In this document: positions 1 through 14,700 of the stretch, one piece after another | Numbering within the stretch: the first letter of the stretch is position 1 | How the letters are laid out: the number at the start of each line of letters is the position of its first letter | NCBI RefSeq assembly: GCF_009914755.1 | Contig: NC_060926.1 | Source of the DNA: the human T2T-CHM13v2.0 reference genome, Homo sapiens | Length of the DNA stretch: 64,000 bases | Reading direction: 5' to 3' (one strand) | Notes under the pieces: generated by a model | What the model was told of the DNA's origin: nothing | Database searches by the model: none | What the model saw: only the letters and a program-made list of their open reading frames with translations | Program-made: the position numbers and the translations under genes

Positions 1-1499
1 TATAGTAACATGTTCTAGAACAGTCTACCAGGTTCAAACAAATCACAATCCATGTTAAAAAAAAAATCAAAACATTATTTTAAAAGTACCAAGAGAATTA
101 AAAGATTATATCCTCAGGAACAGGGTTTGTAATATGATTATTTTAGTATAAAAGGAAGAACCATTATGTTGGAACCTGTGAAATGCATAAAATAAATCGA
201 TTTTCAATTATGAGATTTCATTTTCAAGTTTTTTACAAGTACTAATTAGAAAAATTGCAAGGAATATATATGTAGTGCCTTTAGACAATTCCAAATCTTG
301 TAATATCTCTTATTATTCCTTCAGCTAGATTACAACTGCTTTAGGGTATAGTAGTAGATTTTCTGCCAATACCAGTAATTGCTATACCTGATTTACAGAA
401 CATTACAAAGAAAGCAATATGAGGAAACTAAGCAAAATGGAATACATTTAGAAGAAAAATAAGAATCAGATATTGTTAAATTCTAGTAAAGATGAGATTT
501 ACTCATTCATTCAAATTTATTCCCAAGCAAACCATATTACTTATTCTTTAATCTTGTTTAGTTAAAAATGGACATTTCCTAATACTATCCAACATAATTA
601 GAGGAAAGAAGAAACGTTGCAGAAATTAATGTTCCGACGGTACTTAATGCTCATCTGGGTCCAGAGTTTAACATTTTGACCACCTTTTTTAAGACAACCT
701 AAGGAGAAGGGAATTAATGGATTCAAATTTTATTTTTCCAATTTTGTATTTAATCTATTTTAAATTACCAAAGTAATATGACCTTAGGGAGAGGGGGGTG
801 AGCTACCCCGTCCACAAACTGGATGATCTCTTTCTCAGTAATGAAGAATTAACTGTAACAGAGCAGGAGATTAACGAACACCAGCTTCTTTCACATAACA
901 AGTTGTTAAATTTTAAATTATCTTTAACAATTATTATCTATAATCTGCTTAAGAATCTATTTATTTCCCAATTTTATACCTGTGATTTGTCTGATTACCC
1001 CTTTCACAAATACAAAAGGGACCCCTAAATGCTCAGAGAATGGAAAAATATTCTGCACCCTCTGGACTTACTCTCCATCAGTTGTGTTTAATGCAGCAAT
1101 TCTGCTATCACTCTCAGGCATTTAATTGTACTATATACTCCCAATAAAGTGGGGGTGAGGGGGACTTGAAAACAGAAGTTTCTGTCACAGAGACTACAGA
1201 TGAAAGCTCTATTTTTGTATTATCACTCTTTTTTCTGTCACTGTAGCTTTTAAAATTTCATGCAAATTGTGCTTCTATAAAAATATAATTAAACTGCATT
1301 AGAGACAAAACCAAAAACAACCTTCTAATTAACATGTACTAAGTAATCAAAATGTACTTTATGACCTCTAGGCACTTAACAAACTGTACTTCATGCCCCA
1401 TACCAAAGTTTGCAGCAACTTATCACTCAGTACCACATATGCTACTAATTACCCACGTTCATAATATCATTGTAACTTGCAGAGGAAAAAGCCTCTCAC

Positions 1500-1622
1500 A
1501 CTGTGCTGGCTCTCAATCTCTTCGTGTTTCTGCTGTAGGGCCTGGGAGGCCCTAATGGAGTCTCCAATGCCCCACTGGGCTCTTAGTTGTTCTGATCCAG
1601 GCCCTTCTAGCCAGTTCACCAC
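1500..1622 (-). CDS. SESTD1: SESTD1 coding exon 9 ([41 protein letters not shown]), spectrin-repeat region
   Basis: ttttgtttatag|GTGG...AGT|GTGAGA; 123 nt; phase 0-0. Confidence 0.95.
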
Positions 1623-3029
1623 CTATAAACAAAAGTTGAGATAACATTTTTTAAAGAATCAGAAACTTTTCAAACTTTCATTCTAACTTATTTTTCCCCT
1701 CCCAAAGTTCCCCAATTATTTTTAATGTAAATTATTTACATTCTATCACATAGGCAGTAAATGTTTCTTTTGGAACTACACAGCTATAATGTGACAACAT
1801 TTTCAAAACTTAAATGTGGAAGAATGTACACTGTAGCATCACAAGCTTTCAGCTATCTGATTATCTTTCAGGCTAAAAGAAATCTGGAATGCTTCTATAA
1901 AAGAGGATTAAAAATTAACTTACGAAAAGAGAATCAGAGAATCATAAGATTTAGAGTTGGAAGAAACATCAGAAATGATATCAGTCAAAGTTCTTAACTA
2001 ACATTTAAGAAAACTGAGTTTCAAACAGATTAAGTGACTTGCCCAAGATAACATAATCCATTATTGAAAAACTGGACTAACAGCCATATGTTCTAACTCA
2101 TAGTCTAATGTTCTTCCCAAGCATTGAAAAAACTGACTGAATTAACTACTATAAAGTTAATATACCACTTTATCACTTCAAAAATAAAATTAAAAACTAA
2201 TTAGAATTATGCTAATGTAATAAATACCCTCTTGGACTCTTCTTAGGATCAACCAACATTCAGACCCACAAAAGGCCCCACTGGCACCAGTCTGCTAGTA
2301 AGGATATAGGGTGGGAACTATAGTTTGCCAGGATGACAGCATCAGGAGTTCTTCAGCTGAGTCCCTCAAGCAGGTATAAGGAGATGAGATCAGTATGGGG
2401 CAGATATGGGAGACACTCTGGCATCAAAACATGATACCCCACAGGACTATGCCCATTATGAGTCACTAAACTCAAGGATCCCCACCCCAAGTTATGCCTT
2501 CCATCATATATTAATAATTCTCCCAGTCCAGATCTGGAATAATGTTTACTATAAGCAATATTGCCTAGTAACGTAGTTGACATTCCAATTTTTAATCAGG
2601 TCTTCAGGGGAACAGAGCTAAAGGGTTAAGCAAAGATCAAGTTCTCATGCAGAAGGAGAGGATTGTGCTGACACTCTACCCACAATCATATACACTCTGA
2701 AACTACAAACACATTGTGGAGTAATTTTAGTGGAAAAAATGGTATTACCAAGCTTTACCTTTTGCCAAATTAGAAAAAGGAATTTAAGAATAGATGTATG
2801 GTTATATCCTAAATCTAAACTCAGGATAGCTCCCAAGAAGTGAATGGGGATATCTCTGCAGCATAATATTATAGACCCAGTGGGTAGGCTTAACGTAGAA
2901 AAGAGCAGTGCAGATATACATTTCTGCTTTTACCAGGTTAAAAAAATATATTTCTAAATCTAACAGTTTATGGATCTTTTTATAATTATATAAAAATACC
3001 ACATCATAAAGAAAAATCACATAAGCGCT

Positions 3030-3367
3030 CAGCCCTGTTTGGATATCCACAGATTTTCATGCCTGAATTCAACCAATCACAGATTGAATATATTTGGGAA
3101 AAAAAATCAAGCACAAAAAAATAACAATACAACAATTTAAAGATACAAATAATAAGCCAGTACACTATAACAGCTATTTTCATAGCATCTGCATTGTAGT
3201 AGATATTATAAGTAATCTAGAGATGATTTAATGTATATGAGAGTATCCATAGGTTATATGCAAATATTATGCCATTTTATATGAGACTTGAACATCTTTG
3301 ATCTTGGTATCCACAGTCTGCAGGGCGTCCTTGAACCAATCCACCACAAATACCAAGGGACAACCAT
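3030..3367 (-). mobile_element. MER2 (Tigger-family non-autonomous DNA transposon)
   Basis: tattataagtaatctagagatgattta...ggttatatgcaaata...ataccaagggacaac matches the MER2 consensus in reverse. Confidence 0.8.
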
Positions 3368-3905
3368 ATTCTATTTCCTTCCATTAATTTTTCACCTGCG
3401 TAAGGGTTTTCATATGCTACTCCAGATTTCAGTGTTATAGCCAATTCTCATAGATAACAAGTAGTTTTCATCCCGTTTTTCACTTAGCATTAAACTATAA
3501 TACTTTAATGATTTTTCCACTTGGCTATTGTTATTATAACATAATTTTCAATGACTTTGCAAATCCTTTTTTCAGAAGGCCAATCCTGTTGCCTGCCTGC
3601 CTCCATCTCTTCTATCTGTCCAACCAAGCAACCAATCAACCCACTCTTATTAAGAGCTAAGTAACGTACTGCCTCAAATAACTATTGTACCTGCTATCAA
3701 TACTTCAATTCTCTATTGTCGGGAACATAGGATGTTTCCAATTTCCATCAATTCTAAGTAATTCTATGACTAACACATATATAGCAGTTATATATAATGT
3801 TTTTTTTTCTCTGTTTTATTTTCCCAGAAAAGGTTTCCAATAGAGATTGGAATGGTTTTCCAATAGAGATCTTCTTGGGTCCAATGATGATGTAATACTA
3901 ATGCT

Positions 3906-4439
<534 letters not shown>

Positions 4440-4667
4440 CAAACTGACTATTGTTTTTAAAATACTTCTGCCAATTGAAAAAACAGAAATCTTTCCATAT
4501 TTTTTAAAGATTAGTGATTGAATACATTGCAAATGTTTGCTTATTCAAGGTATGTGATATTTTGTGATTTATCTCTTCATGTTCTTTGTTCATTTATGTT
4601 CTAGAGTCTTAAAGAATTAATATATAAACTTGTCCCTTCTCTTTATAAGGCTTAATACTAGAGAGAA

Positions 4668-5007
<340 letters not shown>

Positions 5008-5269
5008 TTATTGTTGACTCAGTGGAACAGCCTAAGTGCTATAACTTTCTATTGGCTAAACACTGTTTACACAGCGCTAAGTTCATTTTCAAAACTGTAT
5101 TATCAGATGCTCTTTAGAGTGCAATGGTTTTTTCCTCAACACATCCACTTTTTCTGCTTTACTCTTTTGTATGAGTTATCTTTGGAGGGCTAGGGTACTA
5201 GGATTCTGTTTCTCTCTGCTAGCTTGGGGAAAGTATCATTTTTTCACGAAAGAGACAGGTAAGCAGTGC

Positions 5270-5460
5270 GATATAAAGAAAGCCCTAGCCATGATTCTGA
5301 ATTCTGAATTCTCATTCTGCCACTACTGGTGGGTCTGAATTCCGGCTCTGCTTCTTCTAGTTGAAAGACTTTGGTTTCTCATCTTTTAAATGATGTTAAT
5401 GATACCTACAGTACAGGGCTGTTGTCAGGATTATGACACTCATTATATGTAAGACAGCAC
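5270..5460 (+). mobile_element. MIR fragment
   Basis: ggtctgaattccggctctgc...tttctcatc...aatgatacctac..cagggctgttgtcaggatt MIR core. Confidence 0.6.
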
Positions 5461-7668
5461 ATTAATGATACTAATAATTGTTAGCCTCTATGCTTTTCTT
5501 ACTTTTTCTGTAGCCTAGTTCCCTCCGTCCACTAACTCTTTATGGAGTTTATTTCACATCTGCATTTTACAATAACAACCCTGAGTTTCTTGAGAAAGTC
5601 CCTGAACTACTGTATCCGACACTTTAAGAAACAGAAATAAAAAGAACGAGTTTTAAGGAAACATAGGTAAACATTTTAGAACAATTTTCCATGTCTTTTT
5701 TGGGAATCAATTGCTTCTCATTTATCACTATGTGTTACAAATACAGATATAGAAACATAGTGATAAAATGACTTTTAAGTATTTTAAATAATGTAATTAT
5801 TTTACTAGAAATATCTAAGTTCTAAAAATAAAAGTGGAACAAATGCATATAAAAAATTTCACTAACAATGTATAGTTTTTAGAAACTTAAGACATCATTA
5901 AACATTTAGACTTTGATTTTAGAATAATCTAGAAACAAAAGAAGCAGGTTAATATAAATCGTGATAGCTGGGGATAAACAATTCATTAACATGGAACTTT
6001 TAAAATGCTGTAAATTGAAAAATAAATCTTAAATAAAGCAAAGATATCTCTTTGCCTCAAAAAACCAGTTACATAGTAATGGACATATATATGTATATAT
6101 ATATGGCCTTAATATAGGCTGAAAGTAATTTCCCTTAGTATACAACATCAGTAATGTAGACACAGTAAATATGCCTATTTCTAATAAAAATGATGCAAAT
6201 TGAGGTTGATGCCCCAGTAAACAAGTCTATTTAAATGCATTAATAATGGCAGTTTGCCAAACTAGGTTATAACTTAATTTCAACCAGGACATCTTGCTCA
6301 ATCAATCTGAATATTAACTTACTGGAAAAACAGTTCTATCCCCAATCCATATCAATGTGACCCTTCAAATGGTTACATTTACATGCAAAGTATAACCTTG
6401 GAGCCATGCTTTTAGAATCCACCATGAAAAATATTTACACTGGCCAAAAATGCTTGTGACTATCCATGCTTCTTGCATGGCTAGGCTCATTTTTAAAAAC
6501 TGCATGACAGAACATGTAGAAGTATGCAAAGTCAAACCAGGCAGAAGGGCATGTCAAGCAAATGTCAACCATCTAACCTGGAGAAAGAGTATGGAGAACT
6601 GAGAATACAGCCTCCAGCTGTATGCTTATGCAATGCAGTGTATTCTATTTGGCATCTATGATTCCTCTCTACAGAGGAAGAAAAGCACATGGATGATTCT
6701 AGAAATAACATTTGCAGTGCTGGCAGTAATTACTGCCACAATAAATAATGAGCATAATGATAGCACATTTCAGTGAAGTGGCACTGTGTGCTATCCAGAA
6801 GCATGTGAAATCTAATTTTTAACTGTAACAGCAGCAGCAGTATGGAGAATCTCTGCATACCACATGAAGTCTTGTGCTACCAATTTGAACTGTGGGGGAA
6901 TCACGGATAAATATCATGGTTATTACTTATATAATTTATCCATCAAAGCAATTGATTCCTCTTGCATTGTTTTCAGTGATGAGTCATTAAAAACAAAAGA
7001 AGTTTGAAACAATTCAATTTTCACTGATTTAACAGAGATACTCAGTTTATAATTATCTTTAAACAAGCAAAAAAATTTTCACATTTTCATCAAATTTGTA
7101 AGACTGAAAATAGTATGATTTGTGCTCTGTGTGACCAACATATGATCAATGTTACTATATAGTTCAATATATATTATCATATAGTAATCATTTTCGCAAG
7201 GGATATAGATATTTCCTTAAAATGTGACCTGTGAAAAACAGAGTACAGAAAACATTATATGCTGAATATTATTGTTCAAACAAATTCACTTGTTATCCTG
7301 ATAAAGAAAACTGAATATGAAGTTTACCAGTTTTTAACAGTAATCTCGTTACCATCATCACCATCATTATAAATATAATAATCGTCATCTCCTTTCTCCA
7401 GTTTCTTCCTTACCCAGTTGAGCTGGTCTGTCATTTAAAAATGTGTTTGCCAATACATTAACGCCTTTGCCCCTCTGTCTTTCTGTCATAATCACTTAAC
7501 CCATTTAGCAAAGTAAAAATGCTGGATAAATCCTGTCACCCATGTTTTTGGTGCCTGAACCTCAACAGCCAGCCATGAATTGTCAGATAGGGTTACATAA
7601 AAAGCCAGAAAGGTTCTGCAATACATTCAAGATCAACACTACCCCAAAATACAGCTACATTTTTGTGA

Positions 7669-8066
7669 TGTGAAAGTTGTCCGAATCAAAATGGAGTCAC
7701 TAATATTGGGGGAAAAATAAAGAACCCTGACAAATAGTGCCAGAGAAAGCCATGGTGAGAGGTTCTCAGGCTTGTATGCCTGCTAACAAAAACTATCACA
7801 AAGGACTGCAAAAATCAAAACTATACACAAAGGCATTGCAACTTCACACAAAAAATACTTCTGCAGCCTGGGAAGCATGGTGAAACCCCATTTCTACATA
7901 AAATACACGCCAAAAAAACAGCTGGGCATGGTGGCATGTGTCTGTAGTCCCAGCTACTCAGGAGGCTGAGGTGGGAGGGTCACCTGAGCCTGGGAGGTCA
8001 AGGCTGCAATGAGCCATGATCAGGTCTCTGCACTCCAGCCTGGGTAATAGACTGAAACCCTGTCTC

Positions 8067-8098
<32 letters not shown>

Positions 8099-8362
8099 TT
8101 CCACAAGGACATCTGTCCAGCAATTGCCTGTCCAATATCAGAGGCTCATCGCCCTTGTTATTGATCTTTAGAACCAAAGACAATTATTTCAAAACAATTA
8201 TGTAATCCTCATTTTTTTCCTTTAAAAATGTTTGTCTTCCTTTACCTCTCTGAATATGCACACAGCTTACCATGACATGCATATTCCCATTGTAATGTTC
8301 TATTCTCTAAAACAAATAATATCTTCCTTTTAAAGAGCCCCTCACTGTTATTTAGGTTGACA
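7669..8362 (+). mobile_element. Complete solo ERV1 (MER4-group-like) LTR interrupted by an Alu
   Basis: TG...CA termini (tgtgaaagttgtc...ttaggttgaca) with a perfect 4-bp TSD GTGA (7665-7668 / 8363-8366). Confidence 0.85.
7866..8095 (+). mobile_element. 5'-truncated Alu (J-like) nested in the LTR
   Basis: Alu body with a long poly(A); TSD aaaaatacttctgca / aaaaatccttccaca. Confidence 0.9.
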
Positions 8363-8572
8363 GTGATAATTTCACTCTTCGATTCCCCACAAAGAAAATG
8401 TTTAATCACCTCCACTCTATTCAAACCACTGATCCTCTTTAACCATCACCCCTGCAATTTGTACCATCAAGCAGATGGCCTTTTCCTCTTTATGAAAAAA
8501 AGACACATCACACAGTGACTCCTTCAAACTTCCTGATGCCTGATTTACATACAGAGCACCTCTGGACTCATC

Positions 8573-9170
8573 TAAAACCGCCCCTATAAACTTTATAAAA
8601 TTAATCAGGGAAGAAAGAAGGGGGAGAAATGAAAATATACCAAGCTTGCAGCATGTTGAACATTAATTGTTAGGTCAGATCAGTTTCACCTGCTTCCTCA
8701 TAGTTGTTTGGTGCCTATTGACCTAGAATCATGGACCCTGTTTCAAGATTATAGTTCCCCTTAACTGTTCTATAGATAACAACCTAAACATTATGAATCG
8801 TTAAGTTTTCACTTTGAGACATTCCTTCAGGTCCTGCATACTGACAAAACTACTGTGCCAGTTGGTTTGAAGGACCCCACTGACTCACCTGGTCTGAGGG
8901 GCCCCACAAGACACCGACTCACCAATGATGCAGTTTCCACATCCTGCTGACTTCATCTCCCTTGCCTCAACCAATCAACAACCCCAATTTTCCAGCCCCT
9001 TACCCTACATGATCCCCTTAAAAACTCCAGCTCAGAACTCCTCGAAGAGATGGATTTGAGGGTCTCCTCCCATTTCCTTGCTCGGTGCCCTGCAATAATT
9101 AACTTTGCTGTATTCCTGCTGTCTGTGTAACTGGTCTGTTACTGGCCAGAGGAACCTCATGGTCCTATGG
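8573..9170 (+). mobile_element. Solo ERV1 LTR (LTR26-like)
   Basis: aaaccgcccctataaactttataaaattaatcaggg...ccccttaaaaactccagc...gatggatttgagggtctcctccc resembles the LTR26/MER4-group consensus. Confidence 0.7.
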
Positions 9171-9395
9171 TAATCCTAGCCATCCTTCCTGCGACACAGA
9201 AGGAGCTCTCGCTCTTACATTCTAAAGCGAATCCCTTCTATTGTGCTTTGATTCCGTTTACGTCCACCTTGTTGGGAACTCGATAGTATTAATTATTCCT
9301 TCTCTCTTGTGTATTCAACCTCTCCCCCTCAACACTTTCAAGCAATCTTTAAAGTTTTTCATATCATGAAAAGAAAGAACAACTATCCTTACCCC

Positions 9396-9794
9396 TCCTA
9401 TAGGCTGAACTGTGTCCCTCCCCTCAAAAATACATCTGTTGAAGTACTGACCCACAGTACCTCAGATTCTAACAATATTTATTAGGAGACAGTCTTTAAA
9501 GAGGTAATTAACCTAAAATAAGGTCTTTAGGGTGGGCCCAATCTAAATATATGACTGGTATCCTTATAAGGAGAGGAAATCTGGACACAGACACATACAG
9601 AGAGAAGACAATGTGAAGACAGGCAGAAGATGGCCATCGTCAAGTCAAGGAGAGAGGCTGGAACAGAGCATTCCCTCACGGCCCTCAAAGGAACCAATCC
9701 TGCTGACATCCTGATCTCAGAACTGCAAGAAAATAAATTTCTGTTGTTAAATCACTTAGTCTGTTTGCTACGGCAGCCCTCGCAAAGCAATACA
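9396..9794 (+). mobile_element. MaLR solo LTR (MLT1B-like)
   Basis: Typical MLT1 motifs (tagggtgggccc, ccttataaggagaggaaat, aataaatttctgttg); ends aataca; 5-bp TSD ACCCC on both sides. Confidence 0.85.
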
Positions 9795-9799
9795 ACCCC

Positions 9800-10730
9800 T
9801 CTTCCACCACTTATAGCCATTACTCTATTTCTCATCTTTCCTTCAGAGACAGTTATCAACGACTTGTCTATACTCATTGCTTCCTTCACCACACCTCCCT
9901 TTCATTCCTGAATTCACTCCACTGTTGCTCTTGGCCTTGCCACTCCATGCCCTGTGGTCACCAGTGACCTCAATCTTGTGCTTTCTAACAGACATTTTAA
10001 GTCCTTTTACTCAACCTTACAACAGCGTTTGACAGGGTTATAACTCCTTCCCTGAAATGCTTTCTTCCCTTGGTTTCCATGACAAAGAACTCTTCACACT
10101 TTCTCATCTCTGGCCAGTCCTTCACTGCCTTCTTTTCAGGTGTATGCTCCTCTACCTTGCCATGAAATGTCAGAGTTTCTCAAAGTTCAGTTTAAAGCAC
10201 TCTTCTTACCTCTCTCAACTTTCTCTTCGGACAATTTTCAATCACATCAATGCTTTTAATTACCATTCACGCACAGATGACAAACAAATATACCCCAGCC
10301 CAGACTTCGAAGTCTGGACCTGTTGTGGACTACCCTTCTACATATTCTCTTAGAAGTCACAGTCACCTCAAACTTAACAAGTCTGAAACCAAACTCATGA
10401 TTCTCCACACTATTTTGCATCCACAGTAATATCCAAATCTTGCCCAATGTTCCCTAGGTGGGCAACACCATTATCTTGCAAACTAGGACACCAAGTCTTA
10501 CAAGTCAGAAATATGATTCGTCTCTAATATCTTCTTACTCATCCTAATCCTACTCCCATCACTCTCCTTGTTGGCACCTGGCATAGCTGCAATTTCACAG
10601 CTGTTTGTGTCATCATGTAATTATCTCCCATGAAGCAAGAACCCTATTTTTACTCATCATGACATTGCTGAGCCTAGGACAATGTCATACTATTGTAGAC
10701 ATTTTTTTTTTTTTGAATGGATGAACTAAT
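9800..10730 (+). mobile_element. L2 fragments (host of the nested LTRs; further pieces about 8363-8570 and 9170-9390)
   Basis: C/T-rich L2 ORF2 remnant (cagcgtttgaca, cctcaaacttaaca..tctgaaaccaaactc) and a tgaatggatgaa tail. Confidence 0.6.
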
Positions 10731-11257
10731 AGATGTTATTAATAGAAGACTCATTATGTGCCAGACACTAAATATTTTATAAAAATTACCTTCTTTAATT
10801 CTTGTAACAGTCCTATTAAGTAGGTATTATTGTTGTTGCGGTTACTGTTGTTATCCTTTGCTTACTGAAGAGGAGACTATGACATAAGGACCTTCCTTTT
10901 CCCCAAGGTCAAGCAGCTTGGAAGTGGTAGAAGAGGGTAGATTCAGATTATTTGGGTTCAGAATATGATTTTTGTACTGCTCTGCTACTCTATCTTAGTG
11001 GTTTTCTAAGATAAGCTAATGGGCTAAAACTTACCTGAATTTAAAACAAACCCTTTAACTTATGAATGAAGTCCATGGAAAAAGCCACATACAATTAACG
11101 TATGCTCAGAAATCTCCAGTTTATATGTGGTTATCATGGAATAAATTCTAAATCCTTTTGCCTGAAATTCAACATCTTCCATGATCCAACTCCTTCCTTC
11201 CTTCCTTTCAAATCTTTTTTTCCCATGACATCTTGATGCTCTAATTTGAGAAGCCAC

Positions 11258-11475
11258 GAACTAGATCAATTGTGCAGGCCAATTCTGGCCCACCACCTGT
11301 TTTTGTATAATAAATAAAAGTTTATTGGAGAATGGCCACACATATTGGTTTATACAATGTCTATATCTGCTCTTGTACTATAATGGAAGAGTTAAGCAGC
11401 CACAGCTGCAAGAAAGACCGTATGGTCCACAAAGTCTAAATGTCTGGAATTTTACAGAAGTTTGCCAGCAACTAC
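11258..11475 (+). mobile_element. MER58A (hAT-Charlie)
   Basis: ggcccaccacctgtttttgta...aaagtttattgga...gaccgtatggtccacaaag...tttacagaagtttgcc. Confidence 0.8.
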
Positions 11476-12786
11476 ACTAGACCTCTAGAGTAGAGTCTAG
11501 TTCAAAAGAAATACATATAATAACTACCACTGATTGAGAGCTGGGTTCTTTCCAAACACTAGCCTTTCAAAAGGGGTATTATTATTCCTGTTTCAATTAA
11601 GCAAAGAAGGCAGAGAGGGAAAGAAAGAGAGGAAAAGAGGAAAGAAAGAAGACAGTTCAAGCGAGGCTCAGGGGTGAAGTATCGTGAATGGTCACACAGC
11701 TAAGTGAAGAAACTGGGATTGGGATCATGCTCTATGACTCAAAAAGGCCATCCACTTCCCACTGTGCCTACTGCTTCCTTTTTCCTCAACAGAACTTGGG
11801 ATTCTACGCTGCTATGATTTACCATGCTACTCTTCATCCTCCACAAAATGCCAGTTCTTTCAAAACCTATCACTGCCTGGTGAAATCAGATACATTCTGG
11901 GAGGACAATCTCAAATGCTACTTCCCCCACTAAGTCTTCCCAGATTACCTGAAGCTAGAGAAATAATCCATCCTATAATTGCCCATAACCTCTCAGTCAT
12001 GTCCTTGTGACCCTTAACACTTTCTCTCCCTAAACTTATTGATAGTAAAAACCAAGTCTACCTTTATATCCTGTAAAAAACCTAGCACAATGCCTTCCAC
12101 AGAGGAATCACTTAATAAATGTTTATCTAATGAGTAAATGAACCTAGATTTAAAAACTAGGACGTTTCCAGTTTGCATTTTTAAATAAAATATTCGAAGA
12201 TTTATTTTCTTAATTATTCAACATAAAAATCCAGAGTGTAATCTAAATAACAGAAATGTCTCCCTTTAGTATTTTAGCCTACTTTTCTTATAAAAATAAA
12301 GTTTAAAAGAAATTAAAATTCCTAATAACTAAATACATTTAATATTTTCTATCAATATTATAAAAAATTTGATATTAGAATCATTTGCATTACATGTGTT
12401 ATTTTGTTAGGATAGAAATACTCTTTGTAATACCTAAATTAACCAAAAAACTAAGTTATTAGAAATTAAGAATAAATCAAGTATCAATAATGAAATGTTA
12501 TTTATTGCAAGAATACACTGAGACCACTGATGACGTTTCCAAGAACCAGTTATTTTTGAAGTTCATTGTTACACTAAGCTGAATGCTCAATGTCATCACT
12601 GTGAAAATAACATAACTTTTAATTCAAATACTATTTGTAAAACAATACATAATTTAAAAGTTTTAGAATCCAGTTTGATGTGTTCTAAGGTTTTCTATAT
12701 AGTGTATATAAGACTTAATAGTCAGTCACATAGTAGAAATTATAAGGAATTAAAAAGAGTTAAATATATTCAAATCAGACACCTAC

Positions 12787-12998
12787 CTGCATTACCTTCT
12801 GTTGAATCTCTTCTAACTGTGTGCGCTTGCTACGTTGCCTACAAACTTCCTGGTAGCGGGTATATTGCTCTCGGAGTGAATCTAATAATTTCATAACCTG
12901 TGGCTGTGCAAGAAGTTCATCATCCATAGGAGACCATGAAACCCCTCCGTCTGAGCCATTAAATCGACGCTGCTGTAATTCGGACAACAATTCATGCC
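12787..12998 (-). CDS. SESTD1: SESTD1 coding exon 8 ([27 protein letters not shown]...[10 protein letters not shown])
   Basis: ttttatttgtaaag|GGCA...CAG|GTAGGT; 212 nt; phase 1 to 0; overlaps ORF-track entry 12775..12990. Confidence 0.96.
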
Positions 12999-14454
12999 CT
13001 TTACAAATAAAAGATACTTGAAATTAATATCTGTAAAGAAATGTAATTCTCACTTCTCAATATTCCCAATTCTAGTCCCTTGTTTTTAAAACCTATCTAC
13101 CTACATATCTACCAGGTTATAAATGGAATTTAAAAATGTATGTATCACAATAAGTAGGAAAACTGTACATATTAATATATATATGTGTGTATGTGTGTGT
13201 ACATATATATTATGTAAACTAGATAGTATATTAAAATGCTATATCATATATCATAAATATACGCACCTTAGAAATACTATACTACATATTAAATATGGCA
13301 TACATACGGTTTATATTTTTTTTTATCAATCACATTTTTGTTATTGGTGAATTCATTACTCAGGATACTGTGCCAAACAATCCTATTTCCCTGTAGAGCA
13401 AAATTATACTGTGGGATTTCTGTCTGATGGTACTAATCCAAGTAATATGTTGTAGGATTTCAGTATTAATCCATATTCTCAATCACAGCATTTAAAAAAA
13501 AGGTGACAGTATAATAAATGAATGATTAAAGGGAGAAAAGTTTTTATTACAAGTACAAAATAATATTTATATAATCTCTATTTATAAGAATCTTCACAAT
13601 ATATTAACTGTGAATAATAACGGGCCATACTAGTGTTAGAACTGCAATGAATGTGACTCAATTACAGCAAACTCATGTAGAAAATCCACTCATACATGAG
13701 AAACTACAATTGTAGAATGTGCAACAACTAAAGCTGTAGATATTAAATAATTTTAAAAGTAAATAAGGTAAAAATTGTTTTTGTGACTAATATTCAGGCA
13801 TCAAAACAATACACATATTTAAATTCTCTTCCTTATTTAGAATAATATCTTAAATTTAAATGGCTTTCAATATATAGCAACTGAACTTTTATTATGGTTT
13901 GGAGGTATTTCTAATTTCTAAAAGTACCCATGATTGTTCTAAACCTTTTTGTTTTATACTCTCTTTCAATACTTACTTTAAAAGTTAATAGCATATAAAA
14001 TAGGACCTAGTAGCATATAAAATTAAATTTACAATAGAAATTGTAAAAGCTTCTTAATTCAATGAATTAAAATAAAAAGCTTTCAAGCTGCTAAACATAT
14101 ATATGGAATTAAGTTTTAAATCTAGAGCAGTATTTTTACTGACAGTCTATTGTACCTGCTAAATATATAATAATTCAGAGATTACAAGTATTTCTTTGTT
14201 CTCTAACAAAATAAGCTGTATATCATACTGGAAGAACTTAGGACACCTGAATCAATACAACAAATATATTCAGAATTTACTTCTTTATTATTTATTACAT
14301 TTTATAATTGGAAAAATAATTGTTTTAAAGGTTTGTGCAAAGTCTTTTTATATATATTCATAAAAGCTATGAATATCAGAATACATTTATTTTTTTCTAC
14401 TTTGACAATTGTCACCCTTGATTATTTTTCTTGTCGATATCATTTTCATTAGAG

Positions 14455-14700
14455 AAGCAGCATAGCATAATGATTTCAAAGAGCATGCCTTGAAATCAAA
14501 CTGCCTAGGTTCAAGTCCCAGCTCCAGCATTTACTAGCTGTGTAACCTATATAAGTTACTTAACGTTTTTATGCTTCAGCTTTCCCATCTTAAAATTGGA
14601 ATGACAATAGTATCTATTTCACAGGACTGAAATGAGTTAACATATGTAAAGTGCTCAGACAGTATGTGGCACACAGTAGGATTAGAATTATGAGCTATTA
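14455..14700 (+). mobile_element. Near full-length MIR
   Basis: ctgcctaggttcaagtcccagctcc..catttactagctgtgtaacct..aagttacttaac MIR core. Confidence 0.85.

Noticed and set aside
6547-6567. p53-like half site GGGCATGTCA
   Set aside because: No adequate second half site; expected by chance.
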